From NCBI GenBank assembly GCA_963717935.1, contig CAVQXP010000003.1, positions 32,001 to 96,000 on the forward strand: a DNA stretch of 64,000 nt, given 5' to 3'. This DNA is from Candidatus Eiseniibacteriota bacterium. GTDB lineage: Bacteria > Eisenbacteria > RBG-16-71-46. The notes beneath the pieces are model-generated. The model saw only the letters and a program-made list of their open reading frames with translations. It was not told the DNA's origin and searched no databases. The position numbers and the translations under genes are program-made. Positions 61,882 through 64,000 of the stretch are shown piece after piece (positions within the stretch are counted from its first letter, which is position 1; each line of letters starts with the position of its first letter).

Positions 61882-62664
61882 ATGGAGCCCATGGAACTCA
61901 AGGAGATGAAGGCGGCCCACCGGGTCCTGGCCGCGCTCGACTACCCGCCGGGCGAGGTCGAGCGCGGCTACGCGAACCGGACGCTGCACGTGGACCTGGG
62001 CGCGAACACGATCGAGGCCCGGCCGGTCACGCAGTACATGAAGGACTTCTTCACCGGCGGCAAGGGGTTCGACCTCTACCTGATGTGGAAGTCCGTCCCC
62101 GGCCCGATCCCCTGGGACGACCCGCGCAACGGGCTCTACTTCTCCGCGGGGCCGCTGGCCGGAACGCCGTATTTCTCGGGCTCGGGCAAGTGCCTGGTCA
62201 CCGGCATCTCGCCGCTCACCAGCTCCGTCATGGACTGCAACGTCGGCGGGCACTTCGGGCCGCTGCTCAAGTTCGCCGGCTTCGACGCCCTCGAGGTGCG
62301 CGGCAAGGCCTCCGAGTTCGTGATGCTGGTCATCGACGGCGACGCGCACCGCGTCACGCTCGAGACCGCGCCGCACGAGGCGCTCGACTCCTACGACGTC
62401 GCCAGCCAGCTGCACCGCATGTACGCCCGCACGCCCGCCGAGCTGCAGGACATCTCGGTCGTGTCGGCGGGCCGGGGGGCGCTCCACACGCTGATCGGCT
62501 GCATCAACATCTCGTTCTACGACTGGAAGCGCCACGAGCCGCGCCTCAAGCAGGCCGGCCGCGGCGGACTGGGCAGCGTGATGATGAACAAGCAGCTCAA
62601 GGCGATCGTGGCCCGGACGGCGAAGAACCGTCCGCGCTGGGCGATGTCGGTGGAGGCGCCATGA
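61882..62664 (+). CDS. Stand-alone N-terminal domain of aldehyde:ferredoxin oxidoreductase (AOR/WOR family)
   Basis: GGKG, GPLAG, ISPLT..DCNVGG.FG..LKFAGFDAL, AGRGGLGSVM..K.LKAIV. Stops at the end of the N-domain with an ATGA overlap. Confidence 0.82.
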   Translation: MEPMELKEMKAAHRVLAALDYPPGEVERGYANRTLHVDLGANTIEARPVTQYMKDFFTGGKGFDLYLMWKSVPGPIPWDDPRNGLYFSAGPLAGTPYFSGSGKCLVTGISPLTSSVMDCNVGGHFGPLLKFAGFDALEVRGKASEFVMLVIDGDAHRVTLETAPHEALDSYDVASQLHRMYARTPAELQDISVVSAGRGALHTLIGCINISFYDWKRHEPRLKQAGRGGLGSVMMNKQLKAIVARTAKNRPRWAMSVEAP

Positions 62665-63212
62665 GCCCCGGAGGGAATGGCTCCATGCCTACGGTGATCG
62701 TTCCGGACGTGCTCGGGGTGGACGCCATCGTGGACCGCTGGGGCGCGGACCCCGAGTTCGCCGTCGAGATGCTGCAGGACGTCCAGAAGCACTACCGGCA
62801 CCTGCCGAAGACCGCGCTCGAGCGCATCGCCGAGCGCACGCACGCCGACCTGGCGCGGCTCTACCACATCGCCACCTTCTTCAAGGCGTTCTCGCTGACG
62901 CCGCGCGGCGAGACCACGATCCAGGTCTGCACCGGCACCGCCTGCCACGTGCAGGGCGCGGCGCGGGTGCTCGACGCCTTCGGCCGCGAGCTGGGCGTGA
63001 AGCCGGGCGAGACCACCGCGGACCAGAAGTACAGCCTCGAGGGCGTGCGCTGCCTGGGCTGCTGCGGGCTGGCGCCGGTGGTGACCTTCGGAGCGGAGCT
63101 GGTCGGCGGGGTGGACTCCTCCAAGGTCGGCAAGCTGATGCGCCGGCACCGCAAGACCGGCTCCGTGGTCGCGCGGCAGGCGAGCGCCGCGGCGGAGGAC
63201 GCCGATGCCTAG
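62661..63212 (+). CDS. NuoE/HydC-like [2Fe-2S] subunit
   Basis: ATFFKAF, VCTGTACH, CLGCC.LAP. Confidence 0.9.
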   Translation: MSPGGNGSMPTVIVPDVLGVDAIVDRWGADPEFAVEMLQDVQKHYRHLPKTALERIAERTHADLARLYHIATFFKAFSLTPRGETTIQVCTGTACHVQGAARVLDAFGRELGVKPGETTADQKYSLEGVRCLGCCGLAPVVTFGAELVGGVDSSKVGKLMRRHRKTGSVVARQASAAAEDADA

Positions 63213-64000
63213 GGTGACCCTCGAGAACCTCGACACCCTGGCGCGCGAGGCCCAGCGGCGCCACGCGGGCTGGAAGTCCATGCTCATGGTCTGCGCCGGC
63301 ACGGGCTGCGTCTCGGCCAAGTCGCTGCCCCTGCGCGATGCCTTCCGCCAGGAGCTCGAGCGCCGCGGCCTGCAGGACGAGATCAAGGTCGTGGCCACGG
63401 GCTGCAACGGCTTCTGCGCCCACGGGCCGATCTGCGTGGTCCAGCCCGAGGGCGTGTTCTACGAGCGCCTCAAGGCCGAGGCCGTGCCCGAGCTGATCGA
63501 GTCGCACTTCGTGAGGAAGCAGCCGCTCGAGGACTTCCTCTACCGCTCGAGCGGCGGCGAGAAGACGGTCCCGCTCGAGAAGGACATCGAGTTCTTCGCC
63601 AAGCAGCAGTGCATCGCGCTGCGCAACCGGGGCCGGATCGACCCCGAGGACATCACGGACGCGATCCGCACCGGCGCGTACCAGGCGCTCGCGAAGATCC
63701 TGCGCGAGGGGCTCGACGGCGACACGCTCGTCCAGCGACTGGTCCGCTCGGGGCTGCGCGGGCGCGGCGGCGGCGGTTTCCCCGCCGGCGTCAAGTGGAA
63801 GTCCTGCCTCGAGGCCGCGCGCGCGCAGGACGTGCGCCCCTTCATCGTCTGCAACGGCGACGAGGGCGACCCGGGCGCCTTCATGGACCGCAGCATCGTC
63901 GAGGCCGACCCGCACGCCGTGATCGAGGGCATGCTGATCGGCGCGCGGGCGCTCGGCGCCACCGAGGGCTTCGTCTACATCCGCCACGAGTACCCGCTGG
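63205..64000 (+). CDS. NuoF/HydB-like NADH/FMN-binding subunit (partial, runs off window)
   Basis: N-terminal CAGTGC..GCNGFC domain, SGLRGRGGGGFP, CNGDEGDPGAFMDR. Confidence 0.92.
   Translation, partial: MPRVTLENLDTLAREAQRRHAGWKSMLMVCAGTGCVSAKSLPLRDAFRQELERRGLQDEIKVVATGCNGFCAHGPICVVQPEGVFYERLKAEAVPELIESHFVRKQPLEDFLYRSSGGEKTVPLEKDIEFFAKQQCIALRNRGRIDPEDITDAIRTGAYQALAKILREGLDGDTLVQRLVRSGLRGRGGGGFPAGVKWKSCLEAARAQDVRPFIVCNGDEGDPGAFMDRSIVEADPHAVIEGMLIGARALGATEGFVYIRHEYPL

Noticed and set aside
62640..62700. The AOR TGA as a Sec codon or a frameshift error
   Set aside because: The stop overlaps the SD-preceded start of a full NuoE-like gene, no AOR C-domain is seen in other frames, and no SECIS-like hairpin was noticed.

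Overview
GC-rich (by eye about 70%) bacterial chromosomal window. It resembles uncultured lineages such as Ca. Eisenbacteria or Myxococcota-like organisms (inference only). Core genes: typA, tRNA-Asn, PPi-type pfk, a PBP1-family gene, ispG, ettA, pruA and moeA. Other loci: two signalling clusters; a complete hyp maturation set (hypFCDE plus convergent hypAB) with no hydrogenase structural genes in view; an ArsR/Acr3/ArsP/thioredoxin/CDF metal(loid) cluster; three GT-C-type membrane glycosyltransferases; and the start of an operon with an AOR N-domain gene and NuoE/NuoF (HydC/HydB)-like genes. Mobile traces: an intact-looking IS3, IS30 and IS630 remnants, a half tRNA-Lys, a DUF222-like HNH gene, and a group IIC intron 5' remnant directly behind an intrinsic terminator. 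Top finding: a hidden 95-codon gene (minus strand, 37723..38010) that the ORF track splits. It has two tandem in-frame UGA codons where its likely family carries a Cys-Cys motif, followed directly by a bacterial SECIS-like hairpin, making it a candidate Sec-Sec selenoprotein downstream of the arsenic/metal cluster. Four genes each carry one extra base, which is probably sequencing error.
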